From the human T2T-CHM13v2.0 reference genome, Homo sapiens, in NCBI RefSeq assembly GCF_009914755.1, contig NC_060925.1: a stretch of DNA of 64,000 bases; one strand, 5' to 3'. Below the pieces are notes generated by a model, which saw only the letters and a program-made list of their open reading frames with translations, was not told the origin of the DNA and did not search any database. How positions within the stretch are numbered: the stretch's first letter is position 1; every line of letters starts with the position of its first letter. The position numbers and the translations under genes were made by a program. Positions 30,033-45,452 of this stretch are shown here, in pieces.

Positions 30033-30491
30033 GAAGCCAATAACTCATGTAGAATAATGTCTATTGCTGATGTCATAGACTTTGAGAACTGGTAAAAAAT
30101 AAAACTATTTCCTCCCTTTTATTTCCTTATTTTTGAAACAATTTCTGTTTCTGTTTCAAAAATAAGAAATAAAAGGGAGGAATACCATAAAAGAATGAAT
30201 CCTTATTTGTTTCAGAATTGGTGTGGTTGGTACCTAAGTTCCCTTTGACAGCTGTCTGTGACCCAACCTAACTCTTTTTAACTGCAATAGACATAAACCT
30301 CTCCTTGGCCTGAAAAACTACAGGGTCAAGAAGGGAAAGCTAACATACCTTACCCATCAACTATATTCTTCCCAAGGAAAAATTTTACAGGCTATAGGAG
30401 TGTCTAGCCGTATGACTGGTGCCTGGAGTTGAAAGAACAATGTTGGATCCTGTGTGTGAAATTTGGAAGAACTGTTACATATCCTTTACAT

Positions 30492-30692
30492 TAGTAGTTA
30501 CCAAACTATAGTGTGCAAAAGAAAACACTATTTATAATTACTTTATAGTTAAAACACAATTCCTTGAGATTCCGCTTGCCGAGATTCTGATTTAGTAGGT
30601 CTGCTATGGGACCTGAAATTCTGCATTTCCAACAAGTTCGAGATGATGATGCCACCATTCTGAGAATCACATTGTGAGTGTCAAAACTCTAG
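30492..30692. mobile_element. MER5A hAT-Charlie MITE
   Basis: GAGATTCTGATTTAGTAGGTCTG..GAAATTCTGCATTTCCAACAAG. Confidence 0.75.
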
Positions 30693-30699
30693 ACAACTT

Positions 30700-31790
<1,091 letters not shown>

Positions 31791-32534
31791 ATTTCTTGAA
31801 AGTCTGATTTTTGAATCTTGTTAAAGTAAAAAGTAGGAAGAGTTCTCTATTTTAATGTTATGTCCTCTATTGAGGAGAAACAGTAAAATTTTAATTGTCC
31901 ACTTACAAACTGCTTAGATAATAATTGGGAAAGGCATTCATTAGCAGGGAAAAGCTACATAAATTGTCGCTTTTGTAGTGCATTAAGTGAAACTTCAGTC
32001 TGCATTTTAAATTCCTGTTATCGGGAACAACTATTGGAAGAATAATGAAATCAGTCATTTTCATATATTTATAGTGCATATTCGTTATTCTCAGTCTCTG
32101 AGAAAGAGCAACCTATACAAATGAATTTAAGTGCTTTTTCATTAGTGTAAATAAAACGTTAAGTAGTAGGAGGAATTGCTGTAAATACCGTAGGCTAAAG
32201 TACTTTCAGTAATCTTTTTCTTGAACGATGGTGGCAGTTAAAAGACTATCTCAATACTTGTTCTTGATAATGATAACATAAACCCAAAGAAGTAAAATCT
32301 CTTTTCTTGGAAAGCCCATGATATCCACAGTTGGAAGGTAGGATCATAAAATGGATTTCTCCCCCGCATTTGATGGCCACAAGGTCAATGAATTTTACGT
32401 GGAGAAAGGTGTTTCACATTTTTACAGCTCTCTCTACTCAGCTTGTGCTTCAGCTTTAGCCAACATTATGTAAAGGTCCTTTCTCTTTTTTTCCCCTTCA
32501 GGATTCTTTCTCCTTTGATGCTATTTCCACAGAG

Positions 32535-33085
32535 AGTTAATTCCAAAACCTTATCAAAACCTACAAGGCCCTTCATGACGTGGCCCCAAGCTTCTCACTT
32601 TCCCTCCCATTAACTCTGTTAAAACCACATGGACCTCCTTCTTCAAGAAAGCCACTGTGTCACAGTCATGAAGATAACAACATGGCCCTGTGGCATTCTT
32701 CAGTGACACAACGGAAGGAAACTAGGTCTATATTGGAGCAAGCTGTCCCCAAACCTAGAACACCCGCCTCAAATTATTAAGCAAGAAACAAACTTCTATC
32801 AAATTCTTTAAGTCACTGAGTTTGTATTGGATTTCTTTACTATAGCAGCTTAGCCTTACTCTAACTTTACTACATTTCTCCTCATAGCACTTATCACTCC
32901 TTCATATTATCTTTTTTTTTAAATTTGCTTATAGTTTTTTTCCCCCATAGAATGTTACTTCACGAGGGGAGAGACTTTGTGTTGTTTCTCCTTGTATCTT
33001 AACATGTTGAACAGTGTTTTCCATATAGTAGGTATGCAGAAACCTTTGAGGAATGAATGATTAGCACATGAATGAATGATGAATG
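32535..33085 (+). mobile_element. L2 3' end with an embedded MLT1 fragment (~32650-32865)
   Basis: CCTACAAGGCCCTTCATGAC; CATATAGTAGGTATGCAG..GAATGAATGA tail. Confidence 0.65.
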
Positions 33086-34514
33086 AATTCTATCAACTGA
33101 AGCTCTGCTTCCAGATTTCCTTTTCCTGCTCCCTCTCTTCCTCCACCCTCCCACACATCCTCCACCGTGTGTGCATATTTGCGGTACAGATGCCTGGGCT
33201 CAGTAAACACAAAGTCTGGGCTTGGTTGCAGGGACCCAGGCAGCACAGCTGTTGATCCTAAGCAGCACTGTAGTCTCCTCCAGTGAGTGCAGCTGAGCTT
33301 TGCAGAAATGTAGTTCCATGATTTGGCTTTCAGGAGGTGTACACCTCTGTCAGGTACCTTTACGCTAACGGCCATTTCAGAAAGCAGACAGGTTGGCAAA
33401 GCAAAAGGAATTGAGCCCTGCAAAGAACTCATCTCCAAGATTAAATCTTTGAAGATCCTCAGATAGCCATTATTACCCTGGCTTCCTTCCAACTGAGAGT
33501 CAGCAAAATGATCAGTGTCTTATCTCCCAGGTAAAGGAGGATACTCAGAGCCCATTTCTTTTTGAGTGTATAAAATAAAAAATTTACTGAGTGGTTACTT
33601 CCTGTGTTTGGCAGTTTTAAGATAGACAGTACTTTTCTGAGACAGAGGGGAGCTGGCAATTGCAAGTTTCCATATGCTGGAAGAGTTGATGAGCTTCCTT
33701 TTGCATGATTGTTAAGTGGATTTAATTGCTGCATTTTTTATATAATTTATAGATGTATTGATTAAATATATGTTGTGTTTTACTTCCACGGCTAGCCCAA
33801 GGTTCCAGGTAATTTAAAACCAATGTTAGCTAATAGACTAGAAATGTTGAATACTTTTTTTTGCAATTTTATATTTTGACTAATTGATAAACTATTTCAG
33901 TACACACACAAATTAACTGTATTTGAACTTACATTAAGTCATGAAATAATACCTTTTTGAGTCAAGATTATAAATTGGTCTTCTGTTTACTTCATTAGTC
34001 TTTCCCCTCTTACTTTTGCTATGTAGATTATAAGTTCCTTGAAAGCAAGATTTGGGTTTAATAATTTATTTGTTGTGATAGAAAATTTAGCATAGTACTG
34101 TAAATGCAATATACTCTCAACAAACAGTTAAATAATTAGGATACAAAGTTAATTTGTTGTTGCAATATATGAAAACCTCTAAGAAGCTCTAAATTCTAAC
34201 TATTCGGATTTTATTAAACCCGAAGTAATTAACACTAATCCACAGACTGAAGATTCAAATTGAATTAGGCTGTTCTAAAGGAATCATGCTGTGGGCACAT
34301 TCATTTTCAATTTTCTTGAAAAGAAAGACTGGAAGTTCCACTAGAAATTTAAAATATATATTTTCCCATAGCAGTATACTTTACTTCTTTAGGATACTAA
34401 TGAATTCTTCCATATCCTTAGACATAAACAAACAGAGTGCCTGCCCTAAACCCTGCACCTCAGGGACTTGATCTCTGGAGCGTTGACATGTCAACCTCAA
34501 AAATTTCTAAGTCT

Positions 34515-34843
<329 letters not shown>

Positions 34844-35225
34844 CTAGGGCCATCAGTGCTCCCATGCGAGGTGCCCTAAATTCAGACTAGAAACTGAATG
34901 AATTCTGGACCACTTTTCTCCCATTTGGGGCACCCTCTAACCCTTTACTCCATATATTGTGTTGGCTGGATATCTCAAGAATCTCCAGGACTCATGTCTA
35001 GGGGATTGTATTAGGGTCTCCTGTTTGGAACTCATTTCAGGAGAATGGCCTGGGTCATTCTCTCTGGAAAATGAGTATTGTACAGTATTGTACAGGATTC
35101 GGTTTCTAGAATGGTGTTGACACACTGATTTTGGGTGGCGCACACTCACGTGGGAAACAAGATCAGTTCACTCACATGGGAAACAAGATGAGCTCAGGGA
35201 TCTGGGCTACCAGTTGTTCATCTCT

Positions 35226-35829
35226 TGTTGATGGCTGTTGTGGGACCTCGGTTTTGGTTTTTTTAGTTTAAAAGAATTTAAACAAGAAACACAGAGCAAA
35301 GGAGATAGAGCATGAAGTAATTTATTGCAAAAGAAAAAGGATATTTTGAAAATTAGATGCAGAATAAAAAGTATGCCCTGAGAGAGAGAGAGTTCAGGGC
35401 GGGCTCCTTGTAAGGATGAGACAGCAAAGACTGGCACTAGGGAGGCTTTCTTTATGGGGAATCCCCTTTATGGGAGTCTTACATTATTCCTAAGGGGGTG
35501 GGAAGAGGTGTTACTAGTAAGCACGTTCTGGGGGGCCCTCTGGGTGCACATGCACAGTAGCTGTATATGCTTGTTCATACAGTGCATGTCTCATTAGCAT
35601 CTTAAATCTCCACCCAGGGGTGTGTTTTTTACTATTTTAATGAGCAAAAGGTCAGTCTGAGGACAGGTAAAATCAAAATGTGCATGCATTCTATATGGGA
35701 AATTTCCTACTAGAGATAGCTTTTCTTGAATGAGCTGGACTGCAATGTGAATGCTGGGGCTTACTTTGGTCACCACAGTTGCCATGTTCCAAGGACAGGG
35801 TTTCTTCCTTGACTATGTGTCCTGCCTCA
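35226..35829 (-). mobile_element. MER66-like ERV1 solo LTR
   Basis: TG..CA termini; 4-bp TSD CTCT; reverse strand starts TGAGGCAGGA..GTCAAGGAAG. Confidence 0.8.
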
Positions 35830-36161
35830 CTCTGACCATTGAGCTTCAACTGCATATGAGGGCATTTGCATCAGCTCCGGCCCCTTTGTGTTCTGGCAGC
35901 AGGGCTGCCTCTAATCTCCACAGCTATAGGGAGAAGATGGTGGTAGACATCTTTTATTCTATGTGCCCCTTACCACTAGCACTACCCCTGCAGTGTTTTC
36001 GCTACATATCAGGCAATACTCCATGGGTGGTTGTACATATGTTCTCCAAGAGATTTCAAGATGGTTGATCCATAATTCTAATGAGTCTTTCTAATCATTG
36101 TATTATCTTGCCTAAAATCAATGAAGTAATGATCTGTTCTCCTTGGTCTGTCTTAAGCCCA

Positions 36162-36647
36162 TTGAAAGTATTGTCTACGACTGCTATAACAAGTTACCAC
36201 AAACTTGACTGATGGCACGGAACAACAGAAATTTAATCTCTCACAGTTCTGGAGGCCAGAAGTCCAAAATCAGTTTCACTAGGCTGAAATCAAGGTCTCA
36301 GCAGGCCCACGCTGCCTACAGAAGCTCTAGGGGAGAATTTCTTCTTTCACTTCTGCAGCTACTGGTGGTGGTCAGAATTCCTTTGTTTGTGGCTACATCT
36401 TCCAGTCTTTCCCTCCATGGCCACACTGTCATCTCCTTTTTTGTGTCAAATCTCCCTCTGCCTCTTCTTGTGAGAACACTTGTGATTGCATTTAGGGCCT
36501 ACCTTGATAAACCAGGATAATATCCTTATCTTGAAATTCATAACTTAATTATATCTGCCAAGTTTCTTTTGCCATGTAAGGTGCCACTGACAGGTTCCAG
36601 GGATTAGGATCTTGCTATATTTTGGGGTCATTATTCAGTATACCACA
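36162..36647 (-). mobile_element. MLT1C-like MaLR LTR
   Basis: CAACAGAAATTTAATCTCTCACAGTTCTGGAGGCCAGAAGTCCAAAATC..ATTCAGTATACCACA. Confidence 0.85.
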
Positions 36648-36819
36648 GTGGCAAGGAGTGGACATTTAATGAGCAAATATGCCACTTTTTTTTCTTCTCA
36701 TCTGTTCTTCACATTGATGGTGATGGGTAGAAAGCAGAGGTACAGTCAATATTGAAAGAGAGTACATTCTAAGAATGCAGTGGTGTCTGCCTAAAGTGTG
36801 CAAGAGAAGACATGGTTGT

Positions 36820-37984
<1,165 letters not shown>

Positions 37985-38695
37985 TTATACAATTCTAAAT
38001 AGTAAATTTTAAAAAATTATTATACACAATTTCCTCCATGTCCTGAACGAGGTTTGCATTTATGGTCGCCATCAATGAGAGAGAGTCACAGAAAGACAGT
38101 ATTCACAGGTGGCACAACTGATGATGCAACGTCATGAATAATGAGGTCACCAGCATTAAACAAATGGCATTGGGAAGTGTACAGGCAAGAAGACCTATAT
38201 TTTGTCAATAAAAAAAGCAAAGATTCATATTTCTCACTTTTTTCTCATGGTGAGAGATATGAAATTACTCAAAAATGGCACACTTGGCAATAAAGAATAC
38301 AAAGAGATAGTCCTTAGACACAAACAGGAAAATATGGTACCTGGATTATACAGGTAATCTTCTCATGCATTCATTGGAAAATAAACATTTAATTACCTCT
38401 TTTCTGCTCATTATCCTAAAACTTCATTAATAAATCAGTGTACCTTGCATGGATACATACATTTTATAATACATTTTAAAATCAAATTATTTATATAGAT
38501 TAGGACCCCATTTGGGCATCTGCAAATGCTGGAACCAGCTTTGAGCTTTTCTATATAATGTATACATGGGATGAGGGGAAGACTAAGAATAAAAATTTAG
38601 GTACAAAATTATTGTTCATGGAGCAGTTTACTTGGAAAAATGTTAATAGCAACTGCTGTTGGGTTTGGATTCATATTAGAATTTGTGAAATTTTA

Positions 38696-39357
38696 GGCCA
38701 GGTGTGGTGGCTGATGCCTTAAATCCAAGCACGAGGTGGGAGAAATGTTTAAAACTAGGAATTTGAAACCTGCCTGGGCAACAAAGCAAGACCACATCCC
38801 TGAAAAAATTAAAAAATAGCTGGGTGTGGTGGCATGCATCTGTACTCCCAGCTACTCTGGAGGCTGAGGTGGGAGGATCATTGGAACTCAGGAGTTTGAG
38901 GCTGCAGTGAGTTATGATTGTGTCCCTGTACTCCAGCGTGGGTGACAGAGTAAGACCCTGTGATATGGTTTGGATCTGTGTCCCCACCCAAATCTCACCT
39001 TGAATTGTAATCCCCATAATCTCCACATGTCAAGAGTGAGACAAGGTGGAGGTAATTGGATCATGGGAGTGGTTCCCGGCGTGCTGTTCTTGTGATAGTG
39101 AGTGAGTCTCATGAGATCTGATGGTTTTATAAGCGTCTGGCATTTCCCCTGCTTGCACTCATTCTCTCTCCTGCTACCCTGTGAAGAGGTGACTCCCACC
39201 ATGATTGTAAGTTTCCTGAGGCTTCCCCAGCCATGTAGAACTGTGAGTCAATTAAACCTCTTTTACTTATAAATTATCCAGTCTCAGGTATTTCTTCATA
39301 GCAGCGTGCGAACAAACTAACACACCCTGTCTCTAAATTAAATAAATAAATAAAAAC
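38696..39357 (+). mobile_element. AluJ interrupted by a THE1 LTR
   Basis: GGAGGATCATTGGAACTCAGGAGTTTGAGGCTGCAG (J diagnostic); tail resumes at 39325. Confidence 0.88.
38961..39324 (+). mobile_element. THE1C/D MaLR solo LTR
   Basis: TGATATGGTTTGG..AACTAACACA; 5-bp TSD CCCTG. Confidence 0.93.
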
Positions 39358-39859
39358 AGAAATTTAAAAAAATGTGGCATTTTTAGAGGAGCAGGAGATT
39401 TTTTTGTAAAAAAATACATTTTATGTCTACTTTATCTCCCCATGAGATAAACCCCATGAGACTTGGAAGCACCTGTTTTACTTCTTTAATCTTCTACAGC
39501 ATCACAAACAAAGCAGTCTTCATAAATATTTGACAAGTCAATAAATAAATGGTTCCTTTCCTGAAAGTTTGTAAAAGGCCAATATTTCCATTCTTTAATT
39601 CAGATGTGGTACATTGTGGAATATAGAATAAAATGGCAGCTAAACTGAACTCTTCAAAGACCCAGTTTCCTTTGTTCATCACACCGTAAATTTGGCCATA
39701 ATATTTAGCCCAGGTATGGAAATAATAACATATTTGATTCTCCAATTGCAAGCATTAAGTCTTTGATCAAATTTTTCAAAGAAAAAGTTTCTACTTCACA
39801 AATTCTCAAGTAGATTAGTTACAAATATCTCCACCAGTTGCCATTAACGAGATGATACT

Positions 39860-40530
39860 GATGATACTGCTTTCCAGAAGATGTTTTATAAATGTGTGGG
39901 AGCTTTTTTGGTTGACACAGTGAGTGTGGAGAATGACTGTCATGTAGTGAGTAGGGGCCTGAATCTGTGGCACAATAAAGAATGAGAGTTTTGTGTCCTA
40001 CATTACATTCATGTAGGTGAAACTTCTGCTTTAAATAGCCTGAGTTTTAAACCTATGTTACGTGTAAAATATTATGTGTTTTTGTATGATTTTAGTATAC
40101 ACTGAGTTTTCTAGAGTGATAACTTCTATGTCAGTTGAGGAAAGAGTTTGCTTCATTTTGCTTGAAACTTTACATAATCATGGTAACCATTTTAGGAAAT
40201 TACATCATTGTGGGAAAAACTGCTCATGGTGTTAAGTATTCCATACACCACCCATGTTATAGTTTGCGTCCGTAGCTGTCATATTCACAGTAAATCTACA
40301 TACGGATGCAAGCTTCAATGACTTAATTATGATTTCTAGTTTAGCATTCCTAAGCATTTCTTTATCAAAGTACATAATGTGTTATTACACATTAATTTCC
40401 TTTGACTTCTCCTTTATATATTGCATTTAGGAAATTATACTGATTTTTTAAAAATCATGTTTGTGGGTAGGTAGCTTATATTATTTATGACAGAAAACTG
40501 GTGTTACAAATAGTTTTTGCAAACTAGTAG
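39860..40530 (+). mobile_element. MER20B-like hAT-Charlie element
   Basis: CATTCATGTAGGTGAA..TATACACTGAGTTTTC..GTAGCTGTCATATTCACAG..GGTAGGTAGC, collinear with the recalled consensus. Confidence 0.7.
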
Positions 40531-42985
40531 TGCAGAATATTTAAATGTAGTTTTCTCTTTGTAGAACTAGAATATATATTAGAAAGTTTGAGGACACAAG
40601 AAACAGGTGGTGTGCACTGGAAGAAGGAGAATGTGCATGAATCAATCTCGTGTGACATTCTATTTGTTCCTCTGATGTCACATGTAGCTAATAAATACCC
40701 AGGGAAAAGAGCAAGGCAATATTCTGGGAACGATGGGGAACCAATGGAAGAAACAACACTGCTTGGTAACCAAGACTCAAGCAGTCGCTTTATACAAATG
40801 AATTTATTTAGTAATGGACAAAAATGATACAGCCATTATAGAAACAATCTATTTTACTTGAGTTTATTTACACCATTATAAGAATGTCATACAGATTACA
40901 TTTTGTTGGCAAAGTAAAGGACAGAGTTTGTGTTTTTCGAACACATTGTTTTTCTCTAGTTCCTAGACTAGTGTTTGAATACAGTTGCCTCTAAGTACAA
41001 TTACTTATTTTATTTTGAATAAATGTATGAGGGAGAATCAACCTTGGACTTGGGGTCTTGACACTATTATATTATTATTAATAATTACTTTTGTTGAACT
41101 AGAACCTAAATCTAATACTAGGCTTCTACCTTATAATTGTTGCAAAATTTCAAAATATATATTTTTATAATTAAATGTAAGAGATTTTTGTGGATAGTGG
41201 AATTAGTCTTTCACCCTGAAATATGAACTGAAAAGCATAAAGACCTAGAAGGCTTCTTGAGATTCTGCCTTAGTAACATTGATGCCTACAAGAAAAGCTT
41301 CAGTAGCGAGAAGTTTGCCTCGGTTGGTTTTCACTGAAAGTTTATTTTAAAGCTATTCATTATTCACATGCAAAAAGAATTCAGCCAAGTCATGAATCAC
41401 AATCATTAATTATTCACTGGGATTAAGGAATCGGTTATAACCATGTCTCCCTTTAATCCTGTTTTATTAATTTATATGCTTGGCAAACCCTTCTACTAAA
41501 TGGATTCTAGCTTACCGTGGGGACCCAGAAAAAATAATGGAAGGCCCATGGGGTCAAAAAGCAGCATTTGCTTTAATTTGATAAAATAAATTAGCATGGG
41601 ATTATGGGTGCTATTAGCATAAAATCCCCCACTGCTGCTGCTCTGGCCTTCAGGAGAATGTTGAGTGATTATGTTCACTCTTGCTTGATTTTCTATCATA
41701 TTGGAGCTTCCTCAATAGCTATCCTAAAATATCAGGTAATGTGAGTGTGAGAAGTTGTTGCTCTTTGTCATTGTCTATGTGTGTATGTGTGTGTGTAGAG
41801 TATGTGTACATGCTGGCGTATAGAAAAAAAACCAAGGTTGACTTCAACCTCAGAAAACACTTCCCAGTGACTAGCGGTCCACCGAGCATTACTTTTCTAC
41901 TCTGGTAGTGGAACAAAGAACAGAGTATTTCACCTGAGATATCATGTTCAAAGGTTAGGACTGTGCAGAGACTTTTCTAACTTGACTTTCACTTTTTCCT
42001 CTAGATTCTAACTATGAATTCTAGCACCTTAATGAACAATATCATTAAGTCTTAGGTTTCTCTCAATAAAAAGTACACTTTTGACATATACTCTTCTAAG
42101 TTCTACTTCTTCTTCATTTGTTTTAGAATGGACTTATCCAGAGGTTAACTAATGTTCCAAGTTTTCTGGTTTTTTATTGAACATGTACATTTTTCCTATG
42201 CATTTTCTCCATTGTTTTAGATTTCAATCCTTTTTGCTACTGGACCTCAAATTCTCGGCCAAAGACCCTACACAGAGTTGACCTTACCACAGAGTGGAGC
42301 CTATTTCTTATGCTGCATGGGATTCTAACAGCTATCCTCTTTGCATCTTGATTTACACTTTATATATGGAACACTAGTCTAGACCTCAGTCATTCTTCCA
42401 AGACAAAAGGTAGAAACACAGTTGCACCTTATTTTATGAAATGCCCTCCTCTGAATTTGCGAATTAATTGTGTTTTACAATTAATTGAATCTATTTTTAA
42501 AAATATTAATAATGAATTTTAGACTGTTTTTGTGTTGTGTAAAATAATCACTGCTTTTTCCTGGCCTATAAATTCTACTCTATACTTACTGATTTTGCTT
42601 TTTTAAAAAAACAAAATGTTGAAGTTTATATTCTCTTTCCAATTGTACCACTCATTACCAGATGCCCTGTATATCCTGGGAGATTCAAAAAGGACTTAGC
42701 CCTAGCCCGACCCTCACAGAGCTTGCAATCAGATGGAGGAGTAGGTGAAGGGCCTTGGAAGATACATTTATCCTACTACTGCTAGTTTGTTTTTTGAGCA
42801 TGGCCTTTAGAATGCTGGCAGAACTGAGTTTGAGCTAATTTTCTTCTCTCTACTAGTTGGGTGGATTTGAGCAACAAAAGAATCAGACTCCTAGAACCTC
42901 TATTTTCTATGTTAACATAATTATAATCATATAGGTATCATACAGTTGATAGGGATTGCCTTAAACCCTGCATGTAAATTTTCCA

Positions 42986-43268
42986 GGCTGGGTGTGGTGA
43001 CTCACACCTATAATCTCAGCACTTTGGGAGGGAGGCAGGAGGATCACTTGAGCTCAGGAGATCGAGACCAGCCTGGGCAACATAGGGAGATCCTGTCTTT
43101 ACAAAATATTAAAAATTAGCTGGGTGTGGTGATGCACACCTGTAGTCCCAGTTACTGAGGAGGCTGAAGCTGGGAGGATCATTGAGCCTCAAGGTCCAGG
43201 CTGCAGTGAGCTGTGATCACCACTGTACTCCAGCCTGGGTGACACAGCAAGATCCTGTCTCAAAAAAT
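42986..43268 (+). mobile_element. AluJ
   Basis: GGAGGATCACTTGAGCTCAGG; GGCTGCAGTGAGCTGTGATC. Confidence 0.9.
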
Positions 43269-43432
43269 ATTTTTTTTCCAGCACAGGATTGGATTTATGA
43301 AAGACAATAAATGTAGTCATCATCCTCTCGGCCCCACCATCCTACTTGTGACCAGCCAATTTGTTCTTGGAACAAACTGAACTGCTATCCTTAAATTTTG
43401 ATGGTAACAGAAAACTGTGTAGCTACAGTGGT

Positions 43433-43600
43433 CTAGGCCAGGGCTTCCAAGCCTTTCACAGATCATAAAGCACAGAGACAATGATAGTACCTATAAGACA
43501 CACATGAGCCTGTAAGAAAATGGCTCGAATTCTCTGACTTCCCCTGCCATGCATGATAGCCACCTGGGGGCTGAGGGAATCAATAAATCAGCACATCATC
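43433..43600. mobile_element. hAT-Charlie MITE relic (MER117-like)
   Basis: CAGGGCTTCCAAGCC..GGGGCTGAGGGAATCAATA. Confidence 0.4.
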
Positions 43601-45224
43601 TGCAAGGATCATGAGGAGTATGATAGAGGATTCTAGACATCTGAGGAGTACACTTTTTTCTACCAGCATCTTTAAAACAGACACGCAATTATTTAGAAAA
43701 TGAAGTCACAGGAGTTTAACAAACAAGCAGATTGCTCACAATATGTGTTAAGTGGAACATCATTAAAAAGTATTTCATATCTAAAATCAGAGGGTAAAGA
43801 AGAGTTCCTTAGTACTATGAGAGGAAATCCTCTAAAAAGGAAAATACTGATTTTTAAATTGGAGGCACAACTCAGTCATTCTTTCTTAATTGGTACGCAA
43901 GTAAAATAAAGTTTTCATCTTGCTTAGGACAATATGGGTAACTCTTGCCCATCTGCATTTCCAAAACCCACACAGATGACATCACTAATAGAACCTCAAA
44001 CATCAGAAGATGAATCCTCTCCTCTTTTCTGTTTGCTTTGTCTTTCCTCCTTTATCCCAATATAGGTAAGTACAAGTCCTTGAATATTCTTACACTCAGG
44101 CATGGGGCAAGATCTCCTTCCATCCACCAGCATCTAGTGACCAATATGCTAGGCAAGGACAGAAGCTCTCACCAATGTTTCAGTACCCTGGAGCTACTGC
44201 TACCAGTTAGCACATGAAAAATCCTAAGGTTTCTTTGCAAAATTTTCATTTTATAAAATTTGTATATGGGCTGTTCAAAGTTATTTGATATTAAAAATGT
44301 GAGAGGAAAAGAGGGAAACTCCACTGGGAGTTGCAGAACAGCAATAACATTTAAATAAATTACTAAGTGTGACATCTAAATAGTTTACTTTTCAACACCC
44401 CACCACTCTACATGATAGTTCTCAGCCACAACCATAATACTTTAGGTACCAGCCTTGTTTATCATGCCTCAGAAATGCTACCTTCTTTGCTTTTCTTCCA
44501 GTTCTAAGTGCTTCATCCTAAGAACGTACTGGAATCCCTGAACACATAAATAGAGACACAGGAAATGCTTCTGCACCAGTTTGCCTCTACTCAGCTCTGA
44601 TTCTGAGGGATGCCACTGGTAAAATCCATTCAGCCAAGTTCTCTAAAGGAGGAAATGCTTTCAATGATCAGCTCTACAGCAAAGAAAATTCAATTCTTTT
44701 TTTTATTAGAAACATGGCTTCTCTGAGTGCTTATTGCATGAGAGTGGGCAGGCAATTGGTTTTCAGAACTACTCTTGCTGTCAACAATAGATATTGATTT
44801 CTCAAATTATTTGTCTGAGAAACCCAGAGTAAAATGGCCGCTGGTTCTGAATTTCAAAGTGAGTGTGATCTGAACCCAGCAGGTGTTGGTCCAGGGACTG
44901 CTGCTCACAAAGCCTTCTGTACTCCACAAGTCTATGGGAGAAAATCAGGCTGAAAATAAGGGCTCACTGTGCCTGTCCCACTCCATACCTGTTCATGTGG
45001 TAGGTGGGTGCCAGTAGAGGAGTTCAGAGCCCATCTTAGCATATGATGCCGATTCAGACCTGCCCCTCAGTCTCAAGATCAGGAAGCAGAGCAGAGCTGG
45101 GGAAGAATTCTGACATGAGAACACCAATCCCTATACTTTGGTCCTGACATCTGGTTGCTGTGTGGCTATTTTTGCTTTCCTGTGAAGGCTCCATTTCCTT
45201 ATTTGTAGAATGAAACTATTAGAC

Positions 45225-45452
45225 TAGACGGTGCATTCTCAGTGAAGGCTATATCACCCCCACGCAGACAGAAACTGGTTCTTGAGGGATTAAAAAAAGT
45301 TTATTACATTGATGACCCTTAAAAAGTCAACTCTGCCTAGTAAAATCATATTGTTTAGTATTAAATTTATCCTGTTGGGGGGATTTTAATATAACAATTT
45401 TTTCGTATGAGTGCAAAAATGGGAAAAGAAAAAAGTTTAAAATCACTGCACT
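45225..45452. mobile_element. MER112-like hAT MITE inside a MIR
   Basis: ATATCACCCCC..AACTGGTTCTTGAGGG..AAAAAAGTTTAAAATCACTG. Confidence 0.5.

Noticed and set aside
32478-32501. Strong pyrimidine tract plus AG acceptor
   Set aside because: Leads into L2 sequence with no convincing donor nearby
33061-33492. 143-aa ORF in unique sequence
   Set aside because: Non-ATG start, no recognisable domain, ends in an L2 tail
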